A stretch of DNA of 64,000 nt from an uncultured delta proteobacterium (GTDB taxonomy: Bacteria > Desulfobacterota > Binatia > Binatales > Binataceae): assembly GCA_963794325.1 (NCBI GenBank), contig CAWCDG010000004.1:1344001-1408000 (forward strand). The letters are read 5' to 3'. Below, one piece after another: positions 1 through 9,830 of the stretch. The position numbers were made by a program, and so were the translations under genes. A model generated the notes under the pieces. That model was not told the DNA's origin, searched no databases, and saw only the letters and a program-made list of their open reading frames with translations. Each line of letters starts with the position of its first letter. Positions within the stretch are counted from its first letter, which is position 1.

Positions 1-224
1 TGCAGCGCCGCATCGTGGACAACTGCGAGGAAGTGGAGTTCCGCACTCAGTGCAGAACTTCCGTCCCTCTGAATTCTCGAAGCCGCAGCTTGCGCAACGC
101 ATGGCAATTACTCGGAACTATCCCTCAACTCCCGCTTGAATCAAACCCATCGCGGGCCCCGCGTCCTAACCGTGCACACCGATAGTTTCCAAGACCTTGC
201 CTCGTCTTTGTCAAATCAAGCTGA

Positions 225-1208
225 TCAGTCAGTGGTCAATATGTTGAACCCAGGCTCGCTGCGAGTCTGCGCACTGACAGGTACATCAGTAATGATAAGC
301 GTCGTTCCTGGTGAAACTGCTTTGCGCAAGTATTCAAGAAATTCCGGCGCAATGGTCACTTGCTTCACCAAGGCCTTGATATCCGGCGCCGGGCCGCTGC
401 CGAAGCTGGAAGTCGATGTCCAGTCGCGGAGTCCGTTCGGGTCGATTTTGTCGAGGGCTGAGTAGACATAGCTCCCAGAGCCCTGGGCCAAACCGGTCGA
501 GGGCACCGCGGCGCGTCCGATCTCGATGCCATTGCGGTAAGCATATATCTGCTGATCCGCAGTACTTAAGATAATAGAGAAAGGACCGGTCGGGGCTTTC
601 TCCGGATGCCATTCGAAACCGCCCGCGGCCAGTGGCGGCGTGGAGGCTGCGCCTGTTTTGCCCGATAGTAAACGCGCAGGCTCCGCCGTTTCGCCTGGCG
701 CAAATTTGTCGTCGGTAACGATTACGTTCGTACCGTTGTTTGTGACTGAATAAAGTCTTTCGGCGAAATCAATCGGCAGCCGCACACACCCGTGCGACGC
801 TGGATAGCCGGGCAGGTGACCGGCGTGCATGGCAATGCCGGTCCACGTCAGGCGCTGCATATGCGGCATCTTTGCCCCTTTGTAGATGCTCGATTCGTGA
901 CGGACCTTCTTCTGCAAGATAGTGAACATTCCGGTCGGAGTCGGATGGCCTTTTGTTCCGGTGCTGACAGTCGAGAAACCGATGCGGACGCCGTTGCGGT
1001 AAACGTACATTTTCTGTTCGGGAAGACTGACGATGATCACGACTGGCCCAGCCGGTGAAATCTCAGGATGCCAGACGTAATCACCGGGCTTGAACGCGGT
1101 GGTCAACGGCTCAACGGCGCGGCCCTTTGTATGTCCAGCCGCATTTGCGGTCAGCGACGTGGCAAGAATGAGAACGAGGATTGCCAGGAGTGCGAGCTGC
1201 CGTTTCAT
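225..1208 (-). CDS. L,D-transpeptidase (YkuD family), secreted
   Basis: Signal peptide; catalytic HAGHLPGYPASHGCVRL motif. Confidence 0.9.
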   Translation of the reverse strand: MKRQLALLAILVLILATSLTANAAGHTKGRAVEPLTTAFKPGDYVWHPEISPAGPVVIIVSLPEQKMYVYRNGVRIGFSTVSTGTKGHPTPTGMFTILQKKVRHESSIYKGAKMPHMQRLTWTGIAMHAGHLPGYPASHGCVRLPIDFAERLYSVTNNGTNVIVTDDKFAPGETAEPARLLSGKTGAASTPPLAAGGFEWHPEKAPTGPFSIILSTADQQIYAYRNGIEIGRAAVPSTGLAQGSGSYVYSALDKIDPNGLRDWTSTSSFGSGPAPDIKALVKQVTIAPEFLEYLRKAVSPGTTLIITDVPVSAQTRSEPGFNILTTD

Positions 1209-1305
1209 CAGGATTGCGTATTTCGAAACATGCGGCGAGTGTTTGATTAGACCCCCTATCAGGACTCGACATCGACCACTCTTCCTCGGCAGGGCGCTTA
1301 CTGTA

Positions 1306-1325
1306 AATCAGACTTTGGTCTGATT
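1306..1325. promoter_or_regulatory. Palindromic operator-like site AATCAGAC-TTTG-GTCTGATT (second copy 1406-1425)
   Basis: Perfect 8-bp inverted repeat with 4-nt spacer in a divergent intergenic region; motif recurs across 1-34 kb. Confidence 0.7.
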
Positions 1326-1464
1326 CGGCCCCTCGCGCCTGATTACACTCTTTTTGATTGGAGTGAAGTCGTTGGCGATTCTTGTAACGCATTTGGCGCG
1401 TTTGTCGTCAGACTATGGTCGGATGTTGCTACGCGACCGTTATATGCAATCGTTAAGGGAACTG

Positions 1465-1854
1465 ATGACTAATCTAATGACACAAAAACCGATCATCATT
1501 GTGATTGACGATGATCCGTCGATACTGAAAGCCTTGCGCCGGCTTGTCTCCGGGGCCGGTTTCGAAGTTCGGACCTTCGATCGTCCGAGCACGCTACTGA
1601 GTAGCGATTTACCAAAAGCGGGAGCGTGCCTCATAGTTGATATTGATCTGCCGGAGATGAACGGCGTGGAATTATGCGAAACGCTTGCAGCTTCCGGATG
1701 CAGACTTCCGGTCATCCTAATCACTGCACACACAGATGAAGAAACTCGGCGGCTGGCGGACGGCGCTTCTCCAGTTGCTCTGCTGATCAAGCCATTCGGG
1801 CGAGAACTCCTGGTAAATTCAATCGAGAGCGCGTTGCTCGCCGGCCGACAGTGA
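1465..1854 (+). CDS. Single-domain response regulator (FixJ-like receiver only)
   Basis: DDD...DIDLP...T...KPF receiver motifs; start chosen after AAGGGA RBS. Confidence 0.85.
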   Translation: MTNLMTQKPIIIVIDDDPSILKALRRLVSGAGFEVRTFDRPSTLLSSDLPKAGACLIVDIDLPEMNGVELCETLAASGCRLPVILITAHTDEETRRLADGASPVALLIKPFGRELLVNSIESALLAGRQ

Positions 1855-2085
1855 TAGTCATCGAGTAAGTCCCGCTGGATGTACGTCCCGATAGACTGGA
1901 TCCAGTTCAGTTCCACACGAACTCTACATTTCGGCGAATTTTCTGCTTGACACATGGTCGCATCCGACACTACTTGTGGGGCGACGGCGGCTTCAACCGG
2001 TCCTCTTTTGCTTCATCTTCTCCGTTGTTGACCGATCAGAATTAATCGGCCGACTGTTGAATGACGATGGGCGGGTGTCATCGAG

Positions 2086-3418
2086 ATGGGCAATCGTGCC
2101 TCGGCAAAAATGACTTCCAGAAAGCTCCATGCCGAGCGAGCAAATCGACAACCGATTGCCGCTTCTCTGGAGGGAATGCGCTTTGAACGTTTCATCGAGG
2201 AGCTGTCGGCGTCGTTCGTGCGCTCATCCGTCGGTGAAATCGGAAGCGAAATAGACCGTTGGATCCGAGAGATCGTCCTCGGTCTTAATCTCGACCGCGG
2301 TGCATTGGCTCAGGTGGACCCGAAATCGGGCAAATTAGTCGTGCGTCATTCGTGGTCGCGCGACCGCATCTTCAAACTTCCTATCGGCTTGGAGTTTGCG
2401 GAACCCGCCCCCTGGTTTAATGGGATCATGATGAGCGGTCGCACCATTGCGTATTCCAAAGTCAGCGAGTTACCCCCGGAATTCTTCAGAAGCGACTGGA
2501 AGAAGTACGGGCGTTATGTTGCGAAATCGAACGTTACACTGCCGCTTAGAGTAGGCGGTGAGGTGGTTGGGGTGGTCGGATTTGCGACAATGAGAAAAGA
2601 GCGCACATGGTCGCCCCGATTAATCCGGCGTATGGAACTGGTTGCAGAGATCTTCGGGAACGCGTTGGAACGAAGGCTTGCAACTGAGGAAATTATTCTC
2701 CTCCGTGATGAGTTGAATCACATGTCGCGTACTACGGTTATGGGCGAGCTGACTGCTTCGCTGACTCACCAACTCAATCAGCCTATCGGCGCGATCCTGA
2801 TGAACGCAGAAGAGATCCAAAGGATGCTTGAGTCTGCGGAGCCCGATCTGGAGAACCTCCGGGCCGCTGTGGGCGATATCATCCAGGATGATCTGCGTGC
2901 AACCGAGACTATCAAAGGGCTGCGCAGCTTTTTTCGCAAAAGCGAGGTTGAGAAAACCCCGCTCTATCTGAGAGAGGTGGTTACTGACGTAGTGCGTATG
3001 GTTCGCAGCGACGCGCTATTGCGAAACGTATCGTTGTCTTTTGAAGCTCCCGCTTGCGCGGATGCGCGTGGCCGGAGATCGAATCCAACTCCAACAGGTG
3101 ATTCTTAATCTGGTTCTTAATGCCTTCGACGCCGTTTCGGAAAAAGAGGTCGACCTCCGCGAAGTCTCCATCAGTATGCGCGTGGATAATGGCGAGGTCA
3201 GGATGGCTATCTGTGATTCGGGCAATGGCATCGACCCTATAGCGATTGCGCACATCTTCGAGCCATTTTTTACTACCAAGCCCAAAGGAATGGGCATGGG
3301 GTTGGCGATCGCTCGTTCGATAATCAAGGCGCACGGCGGGGAGATTTCTGCCCGAAGAAACCCCGATCGCGGTTCCACGTTCGAAATCGTCTTGCCGGTG
3401 TTGCAAGAGACAATCTGA
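2086..3418 (+). pseudogene. GAF-domain sensor histidine kinase, frameshifted near 3050
   Basis: GAF plus H-box (THQLNQP) in ORF 2086-3108; HATPase motifs (QQVILNL..NA, DSGNG, FEPFFTTK, GMGMGL) continue in the +1 frame 3041-3418. May be a sequencing error. Confidence 0.8.
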
Positions 3419-4104
3419 TGAACGCAAGCACAGACCAAACGACGGTGAACGACAAAGAGGTCGTCGCCATTATCGACGACGACGATTCGATTCGAAAGGC
3501 TCTGGTTCGAATGCTTGGTGCGGCTGGCCTGGAGGTTTTGGCTTTTTCGTCTGCCAAAGAATTTCTTGCGGTAGTCGAAATCGAACGCGTGTCGTGCGTG
3601 GTTTCAGATCTGCGAATGCCGGAGATCGATGGGCTGCATCTGCAGAGTGCGCTCGCAGAACGCAGGCCCGATGTTGCTCTCGTGTTTATTACCGGGCACG
3701 GCGATGTGCCTTCGACGGTGCAGGCTATGAAATCGGGTGCGGTCGACTTTCTTGAAAAACCCGTCAGGCGGGCGGATCTGTTGGAGGCGATCGCGCGGGC
3801 CACGCAGCGAACTCACCGCGCCGAAGCGGAAGCAGTGGGCTTGAATTCTCTAAAGCGGCGATACGCGAAGCTCACCCCGCGCGAGCGGCAAGTCTTCGCA
3901 CTGGTCACAGCCGGCTTACTCAACAAGCAGATTGCCGCTGAACTGGGGAACGCAGAAAAAACCACAAAGCAACATCGCGGCGCCGTAATGGACAAAATGC
4001 AGGCGGAGTCGCTGGCCGATCTGGTACTTATGGCTGAGCACCTCGGTGTCAGGCCTTCGCATGCAGGCTTTTCAAGGGCCAAGGGATTGGTTCGACGCAA
4101 TTGA
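3418..4104 (+). CDS. FixJ/NodW-family DNA-binding response regulator (REC + LuxR HTH)
   Basis: DLRMP, ITGHGD, FLEKP; C-terminal LTPRERQV..GLLNKQIA HTH; overlaps the kinase stop codon. Confidence 0.92.
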   Translation: MNASTDQTTVNDKEVVAIIDDDDSIRKALVRMLGAAGLEVLAFSSAKEFLAVVEIERVSCVVSDLRMPEIDGLHLQSALAERRPDVALVFITGHGDVPSTVQAMKSGAVDFLEKPVRRADLLEAIARATQRTHRAEAEAVGLNSLKRRYAKLTPRERQVFALVTAGLLNKQIAAELGNAEKTTKQHRGAVMDKMQAESLADLVLMAEHLGVRPSHAGFSRAKGLVRRN

Positions 4105-4128
4105 AGCGAATCTGTTTCGCCCGCGCGC

Positions 4129-4148
4129 TATAGGACCTTGGTCGGATA
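4129..4148. promoter_or_regulatory. Copy of island palindrome TATAGGAC-CTTG-GTCGGATA upstream of MscS
   Basis: Matches the motif at 1306, 18885, 33271. Confidence 0.6.
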
Positions 4149-4269
4149 GACGTTGGTCCCGCATCGTTTTATTCATCGCTGGTGTGACTTCTGTGTGGCT
4201 ACGAGGAACGATGTGCAATTTGCGGGTGAATCCGACGCGCTAACCTTCGCTCAGCCCGTTCGGAATCAG

Positions 4270-5958
4270 ATGTTTGCGCCAGGCCGCGTCGCAAGAAGCT
4301 TTGCGATTCTGCTATTGCTGGCTGCAGTCGTTGGCCTGGTTCGCTCCAGAGATGCTCTCGCGCAATCCGAAGGCGCGGAAGCCACAGACGCTTCACTCAT
4401 AGCTTCCGAGCGCCAAGTAGTCACTGCACCTGTCGTCATTGACGGACGCGTACTGTTCCGAGTGCGAGGAGTAACTGCTTTCCCCGCTGCGGAACGCGCA
4501 GCCACGATAGATGAACGCATCAGAGCAGTTGCAGAGGACAGAGCAATACCTCCCAGTGCGCTCCATCTGGTAGCGAACGATCACTGGATTGAGATTGTCG
4601 GTGGCGAGAAGAGCATCATGGGGGTCTTTGATGCAGACGCTGCGGCAGAGGCCGCGGGCCTGTCCCGGCAGGCGCTGGCGCAGATATACCTCAAGCACAT
4701 CTCGTTGGCGTTGGAACAATATCGAACTGAACGGGAGCCTGTTCAGTTGGCGCGCAACGCGTTCCGTATAGCCGGCTGGACCTTTCTCCTGCTCCTGGCT
4801 GAACTAGCCATGCTCGGCAGCCTGCGTTGGCTGACGGTTCGAATCGGGCATAGATATGATTCGGCAATCGCGCAGATAGAGACCGGGACTTTTCGACTCA
4901 TTCGTGCAGAATCGATTTGGGTCGCAATGCGCTTCGCGGCCCGACTTTTCGCGCTAGTCGCATCCCTGACGATCTTTTACGTCTATCTTCATATAGCTCT
5001 GAACTATCTCCCTTGGACACGAGCGCTGTCGTCAGATCTCCGTGCATTGACTGTCGTACCGTTGTTGGTGCTGGCTCGCGAGGCGGTAGCCGCAATTCCG
5101 AGGCTGCTCGTCGTCGTTGTGATCATCGCAGTAGCCCGCTACGTCATCAGATTGGCACGGTTCTTCTTTTCGGCGATCGAGAGCGGAGCGATCACGTTCA
5201 AAGGGTTCGAGGCCGAATGGTCCAAACCGACATTCAATCTCGTGCGGGTACTGATCATCGCGTTCGCAGCGATGGTTTGTTACCCCTACATTCCCGGATC
5301 CCGGTCTGAAGCCTTCAAGGGAATCACAATTTTCGTTGGTGTCCTATTTTCGCTCGGATCATCTTCGTTGCTGGCCAACATTATAGCTGGGTACACGATG
5401 GCCTATAGGCGTGCCTTTCATGTAGGTGATCGTATCAGGGTCGGCGACCTAATAGGCGACGTGATTCAGATTGGGCTCATGGTTACGCACATGCGTTCAA
5501 TCAAGAACGAGGAACTGGTGGTTCCGAACTCCCTGATTTTGAACAGCAACGTCATCAACTACGCATCGCTTTCGCGTAAACAAGGTTTGATACTGCACAC
5601 GGCTGTCGGCATTGGTTATGAAACTCCCTGGCGTCAGGTGGAGGCAATTTTACTGATGGCGGCCGAGCGAACGCCGGGACTACTTCGCGAACCCGCTCCG
5701 TTTGTCCTGCAGCTATCTCTCAACGACTTTGCGGTTACCTATGAGCTGAATGTCTACTGCGATCGGCCTGGCGAGATGGATCGACTCTATGCAGACCTAC
5801 ACCGCAGTGTGCTGGACGTATTCAACGAGTTCGGCGTGCAGATCATGACCCCCGCCTATGTCGCCGATCCCGCTGAACCCAAAGTCGTGCCGCGCGAGCA
5901 ATGGTTCGCTAATCCGGCGGAAGCAGCTACTCCACTGAAGATCTCAAGAAACGCCTAG
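4270..5958 (+). CDS. MscS-family mechanosensitive channel with N-terminal periplasmic domain
   Basis: Several TM helices, FHVGDRIRVGD, VVPNS, IGYETPWRQVE; start uncertain. Confidence 0.88.
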   Translation: MFAPGRVARSFAILLLLAAVVGLVRSRDALAQSEGAEATDASLIASERQVVTAPVVIDGRVLFRVRGVTAFPAAERAATIDERIRAVAEDRAIPPSALHLVANDHWIEIVGGEKSIMGVFDADAAAEAAGLSRQALAQIYLKHISLALEQYRTEREPVQLARNAFRIAGWTFLLLLAELAMLGSLRWLTVRIGHRYDSAIAQIETGTFRLIRAESIWVAMRFAARLFALVASLTIFYVYLHIALNYLPWTRALSSDLRALTVVPLLVLAREAVAAIPRLLVVVVIIAVARYVIRLARFFFSAIESGAITFKGFEAEWSKPTFNLVRVLIIAFAAMVCYPYIPGSRSEAFKGITIFVGVLFSLGSSSLLANIIAGYTMAYRRAFHVGDRIRVGDLIGDVIQIGLMVTHMRSIKNEELVVPNSLILNSNVINYASLSRKQGLILHTAVGIGYETPWRQVEAILLMAAERTPGLLREPAPFVLQLSLNDFAVTYELNVYCDRPGEMDRLYADLHRSVLDVFNEFGVQIMTPAYVADPAEPKVVPREQWFANPAEAATPLKISRNA

Positions 5959-6020
5959 GGATAAGTCAAAGAATCTTTAGCCGAAGCCATGAACGAAAAG
6001 AGTTGAGTTAGGGGCGGGAT

Positions 6021-8738
6021 GTGAATCCAGAGCAGACGCGACTTGAAGAAGCCTGCCAGGGGAAAGTGCCGTGGCGAAAATGGGGACCCTATCTGAGCGA
6101 GCGTCAGTGGGGCACCGTGCGCGAGGATTACAGTGGATCAGGCGACGCGTGGAACTACTTCACCCATGATGACGCGCGCTCGCGCGCATATCGGTGGGGA
6201 GAAGATGGTCTGGCTGGCATCTCCGACGACCATCAATACCTTTGTTTCGCGTTAGCTTTGTGGAACGGCGCGGACCCAATCCTGAAGGAGCGGCTGTTCG
6301 GCCTGACCAATGCCGAGGGCAACCACGGCGAGGATGTGAAGGAGTACTACTTTTACCTGGACTCGACTCCGACTCACTCCTACATGAAATTCCTCTACAA
6401 GTACCCGCAAGCGGCGTACCCTTACAGCGACCTGGTCCTGACTAACCGTCGCCGGAGCCGGCAGGAGTTCGAATACGAATTGCTCGACACGGGCGTGTTC
6501 GACCAGGATCGCTACTTCGATGTGTTCGTCGAATACGCGAAGGCTGCGCCTGAAGAAATCCTGATTCAAATCACGGTCTGCAACCGCGGTCCCGATCCCG
6601 CCACGCTGCACGTGTTGCCGACGCTGTGGTTTCGCAATACTTGGTCCCGGGGCGGAGACTCGCCGAGGCCTGTCCTGCGGCAAGCGAACCTGAGCGATGC
6701 CGGCGGAGCGATCGCCGCGTCACATCCACAACTCGGAGAACGACTCCTCTGCTATGAAGGCGCAGCCGAGCTGCTATTCACGGAGAACGAAACCAACACG
6801 GATCGGCTGGTTCACGTTCCTAGCCGGACGCTGTACGTCAAGGATGGGATCAACAACTACATCGTCCAGGGCCGCCACGACGCGGTGAACCCGGAGAAAA
6901 CGGGAACGAAGGCATCGGTCCATCACGAGATAGAGGTGAGCCCGGGAGAATCGAAGGTGATTCGTTTGCGTCTGGTGCCGGCGGCAACGACTCCGTCACA
7001 GAATGGACAAGGAGGCCTCTTCGGCAGCGGCTTTGACACCGTGATGGAAAATCGCCGGAGGGAGGCTGACGAGTTCTACGCCTCGGTTATTCCGTCGTCA
7101 CTCAGCGCCGACGCGGCCAACGTTATGCGGCAGGCGCTGGCCGGCATGCTGTGGTCAAAACAGTTCTACTACTACGACGTCGATAAATGGCTTGAAGAAC
7201 ATGGCGCCGATCCGTTCAAGCCGAAGCACCGCGCAACTCGCAACGAACACTGGCATCACATGTACAACGCGGACGTCGTTTCCATGCCCGACAAGTGGGA
7301 ATACCCATGGTATGCGGCATGGGATCTGGCATTCCACGTTCTCGCGCTGACCTTGGTGGACGAGGATTTTGGCAAGGAGCAATTAGATCTCATTCTAAGT
7401 GAGTCATACATTCATCCCAGCGGACAACTTCCTGCATACGAGTGGAACTTCGGAGACGTAAACCCGCCGGTGCATGCCTGGTCAACCATCTTCACCTATC
7501 GCCTTCAGCAGAGCCGGCACGGGCACGGTGACGTTGACTGGCTTGAGCGGTCCTTCCAGAAGCTCGCACTCAATTTCAGTTGGTGGGTGAACCGCAAGGA
7601 TCGCTCCGGCAGCAACGTTTTCGAAGGCGGCTTCCTGGGGCTCGATAACATCGGAGTCTTCGACCGCAGCGCGCCGCTGCCGACCGGCGGGTACCTTGAA
7701 CAGGCAGATGGTACTGCCTGGATGGCGCTATTCTGCCAGAACATGGTCGAAATTGGAGTGCAACTGGCGCTCACTAAACCGGCCTACACGGACATGTGCG
7801 TCAAATTCGTTGTCCACTTTCTGCGAATCGGGCTATCGATGATGCACGCGGGAGAAGGTATCGGAATGTGGGACGAGGAAGACGGGTTCTTCTACGACGT
7901 ACTCCGGCTGCCAGATGGTGGCTCTCAGCGTCTCAAGGTCCGTTCGATAGTAGGTCTGCTCCCGCTGTGCGCGGTCACCGTATTTGATGGCGAACTCTTC
8001 GAAAAGTACCCGAAAATCAGGCAGCACTTGCGCAAGGTTCTGGAGGCGCGCCCTGAACTGATGGCATTCATCCATGATCCCGTGAAGCAGGGTAAACATG
8101 GCCGGCGGCTCGCTGCATTCCTGAACGAAGACAAGCTCCGGCGCGTACTGGCCAGGATGCTCGACGAGAATGAGTTTTTCAGCGCCCACGGCATCCGTTC
8201 CCTTTCCCGCTACCACGCGGAACATCCCTACGTCGTTCGGCTGAAGGGGCAAGAATTCCGGGTTTCGTATCTGCCGGCTGAATCTGATACAGGCATGTTT
8301 GGCGGCAATTCTAACTGGAGGGGCCCGATCTGGATGCCCGTCAACGCGTTGATAATCCGAGCGTTGCTGCAGTACTACGCCTACTACGGGGACGATTTCA
8401 GCGTGGAGTGTCCTACCGGCTCGGGCCACCAGATGACCCTTTATCAAGTCGCAGAGGAGATCTCTCATCGGCTGACTAACATCTTCCTGCGGGATAGCGA
8501 TGGGCGTCGACCCGTCTATGGTGGGTCCCGAAAGTTTCAGGAGGATCCGCACTGGCGAGACCTACTCTCGTTCTATGAGTATTTCCATGGCGACAACGGG
8601 GCGGGTCTCGGTGCCAGTCACCAGACCGGATGGACCGGAGTCATCGCTCGGATGATGCACCTGTTCGCTACAACAACGAGTCAGCAGGTGCAGGAGCTTG
8701 GCAAAAGCGCCGCTGTCACTGAAGTAGCGGCGACGTAA
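6021..8738 (+). CDS. GH63-like (MGH1-like) glucosidase
   Basis: WGPYLSERQWGTVREDYS, SMPDKWEYPWYAAWDLAF, GLGASHQTGWT motifs. Confidence 0.9.
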   Translation: MNPEQTRLEEACQGKVPWRKWGPYLSERQWGTVREDYSGSGDAWNYFTHDDARSRAYRWGEDGLAGISDDHQYLCFALALWNGADPILKERLFGLTNAEGNHGEDVKEYYFYLDSTPTHSYMKFLYKYPQAAYPYSDLVLTNRRRSRQEFEYELLDTGVFDQDRYFDVFVEYAKAAPEEILIQITVCNRGPDPATLHVLPTLWFRNTWSRGGDSPRPVLRQANLSDAGGAIAASHPQLGERLLCYEGAAELLFTENETNTDRLVHVPSRTLYVKDGINNYIVQGRHDAVNPEKTGTKASVHHEIEVSPGESKVIRLRLVPAATTPSQNGQGGLFGSGFDTVMENRRREADEFYASVIPSSLSADAANVMRQALAGMLWSKQFYYYDVDKWLEEHGADPFKPKHRATRNEHWHHMYNADVVSMPDKWEYPWYAAWDLAFHVLALTLVDEDFGKEQLDLILSESYIHPSGQLPAYEWNFGDVNPPVHAWSTIFTYRLQQSRHGHGDVDWLERSFQKLALNFSWWVNRKDRSGSNVFEGGFLGLDNIGVFDRSAPLPTGGYLEQADGTAWMALFCQNMVEIGVQLALTKPAYTDMCVKFVVHFLRIGLSMMHAGEGIGMWDEEDGFFYDVLRLPDGGSQRLKVRSIVGLLPLCAVTVFDGELFEKYPKIRQHLRKVLEARPELMAFIHDPVKQGKHGRRLAAFLNEDKLRRVLARMLDENEFFSAHGIRSLSRYHAEHPYVVRLKGQEFRVSYLPAESDTGMFGGNSNWRGPIWMPVNALIIRALLQYYAYYGDDFSVECPTGSGHQMTLYQVAEEISHRLTNIFLRDSDGRRPVYGGSRKFQEDPHWRDLLSFYEYFHGDNGAGLGASHQTGWTGVIARMMHLFATTTSQQVQELGKSAAVTEVAAT

Positions 8739-8796
8739 TATAATCGGCCCTCAAGAGGACGTTGCGACTTGCGCTCGTCAATCGTATGACATGCGA

Positions 8797-9513
8797 CTAC
8801 CAGCCTTGGCGATTGTAATAGTTGGCGACCAAGTCGACGATCTGGTCCGTCGTTTTGTCCGCCAGATAGCCGGTCGAAGATGTGTAGGTCTTCACGCCTC
8901 CTGCAGCAAGGTTTACGCCCAGCGAAGCGGCTGCGGTAGCACCACCAGCCGCTGCTCCTGCCGGGCCGGTGATTCCTGCTCCAGGCATGTAGCCGCTGTC
9001 AGCGGTGGTTTCAAAGTCCAGTATCTCGGTCGAACCTTGATCGGTTTTCTGAATAACCTGGACTACCGTATTTACCTTGGACTGTCCTGAGCCCAGGCCG
9101 ATGACCATTCGACGGAGCCGGTTCCCTTCGCTGATATCGGTGAACTGGCCGTCCAGTATGAGAACATTGCTGCCGGTGGGCGGTACTCCGCGCTGCAAGC
9201 AAGTGGAGTTGATGCCCTTTTGCGTGAGGTTGGCTGCGACCTGGATACAGATGTTCTGGGCGGTCTGATGTGCGATCTGGGCTTGCTGATCAGTCGGGTT
9301 GTCATCTGACATATTTCGGTAAGCCGCCTGAAAGAAGCCTGAGTTAAGCGAAACATCAGATGCATTTACGGCGAAGGGATAGACGAAGACCTGCGAAGGA
9401 CGAGAGTTTGCGATGGGTGCCGCAGAACTCTGTTGCGTGACCTGTGCCCCGGCGCATCCGAGCATTGATACCGCTAAAACCAGGTACACTGGACTAAAGA
9501 ACTTGTGTCTCAT
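8797..9513 (-). CDS. DUF4410-like lipoprotein
   Basis: Lipobox MLGC; ISEGNRLRRMVIGLG motif. Confidence 0.75.
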   Translation of the reverse strand: MRHKFFSPVYLVLAVSMLGCAGAQVTQQSSAAPIANSRPSQVFVYPFAVNASDVSLNSGFFQAAYRNMSDDNPTDQQAQIAHQTAQNICIQVAANLTQKGINSTCLQRGVPPTGSNVLILDGQFTDISEGNRLRRMVIGLGSGQSKVNTVVQVIQKTDQGSTEILDFETTADSGYMPGAGITGPAGAAAGGATAAASLGVNLAAGGVKTYTSSTGYLADKTTDQIVDLVANYYNRQGW

Positions 9514-9606
9514 GATCTTCCTCTCCTGAGAACGTTGTTACCCTCGATCGCTTGATTTCTTCCGGGAAACCCACTTTTCATCCTGCAGTCCGTCGAACGG
9601 TTTGTA

Positions 9607-9626
9607 TATCGGACTTTGGTCCTAGG
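9607..9626. promoter_or_regulatory. Copy of island palindrome TATCGGAC-TTTG-GTCCTAGG upstream of the DUF4410 gene
   Basis: Motif match. Confidence 0.65.
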
Positions 9627-9757
9627 ACTCATGGTCGAGTGGCCCGATCTCTACGAAACCAGTAGTTAGTTTGGAAGTGAGAACCTGTTATTCGCAGCTC
9701 GTGCGATCAAAAGAGTTGACTGGCCTGATTTACCAAGCTCCCCAACGGGCCAGTCAG

Positions 9758-9797
9758 GGACGGGCCGGCATCTCCCCCGAGACAAGCCGGCCCGTCC
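9758..9797 (-). terminator. Stem-loop downstream of glgX (GGACGGGCCGGC...GCCGGCCCGTCC)
   Basis: 12-bp perfect inverted repeat just past the glgX stop. Confidence 0.5.
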
Positions 9798-9830
9798 TGT
9801 CTTGTGACACATTCAGACTGAGCAATATCG

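Noticed and set aside
37-59. Imperfect hairpin AGTTCCGCACT-C-AGTGCAGAACT at the window start
   Set aside because: Context is truncated; cannot be assigned
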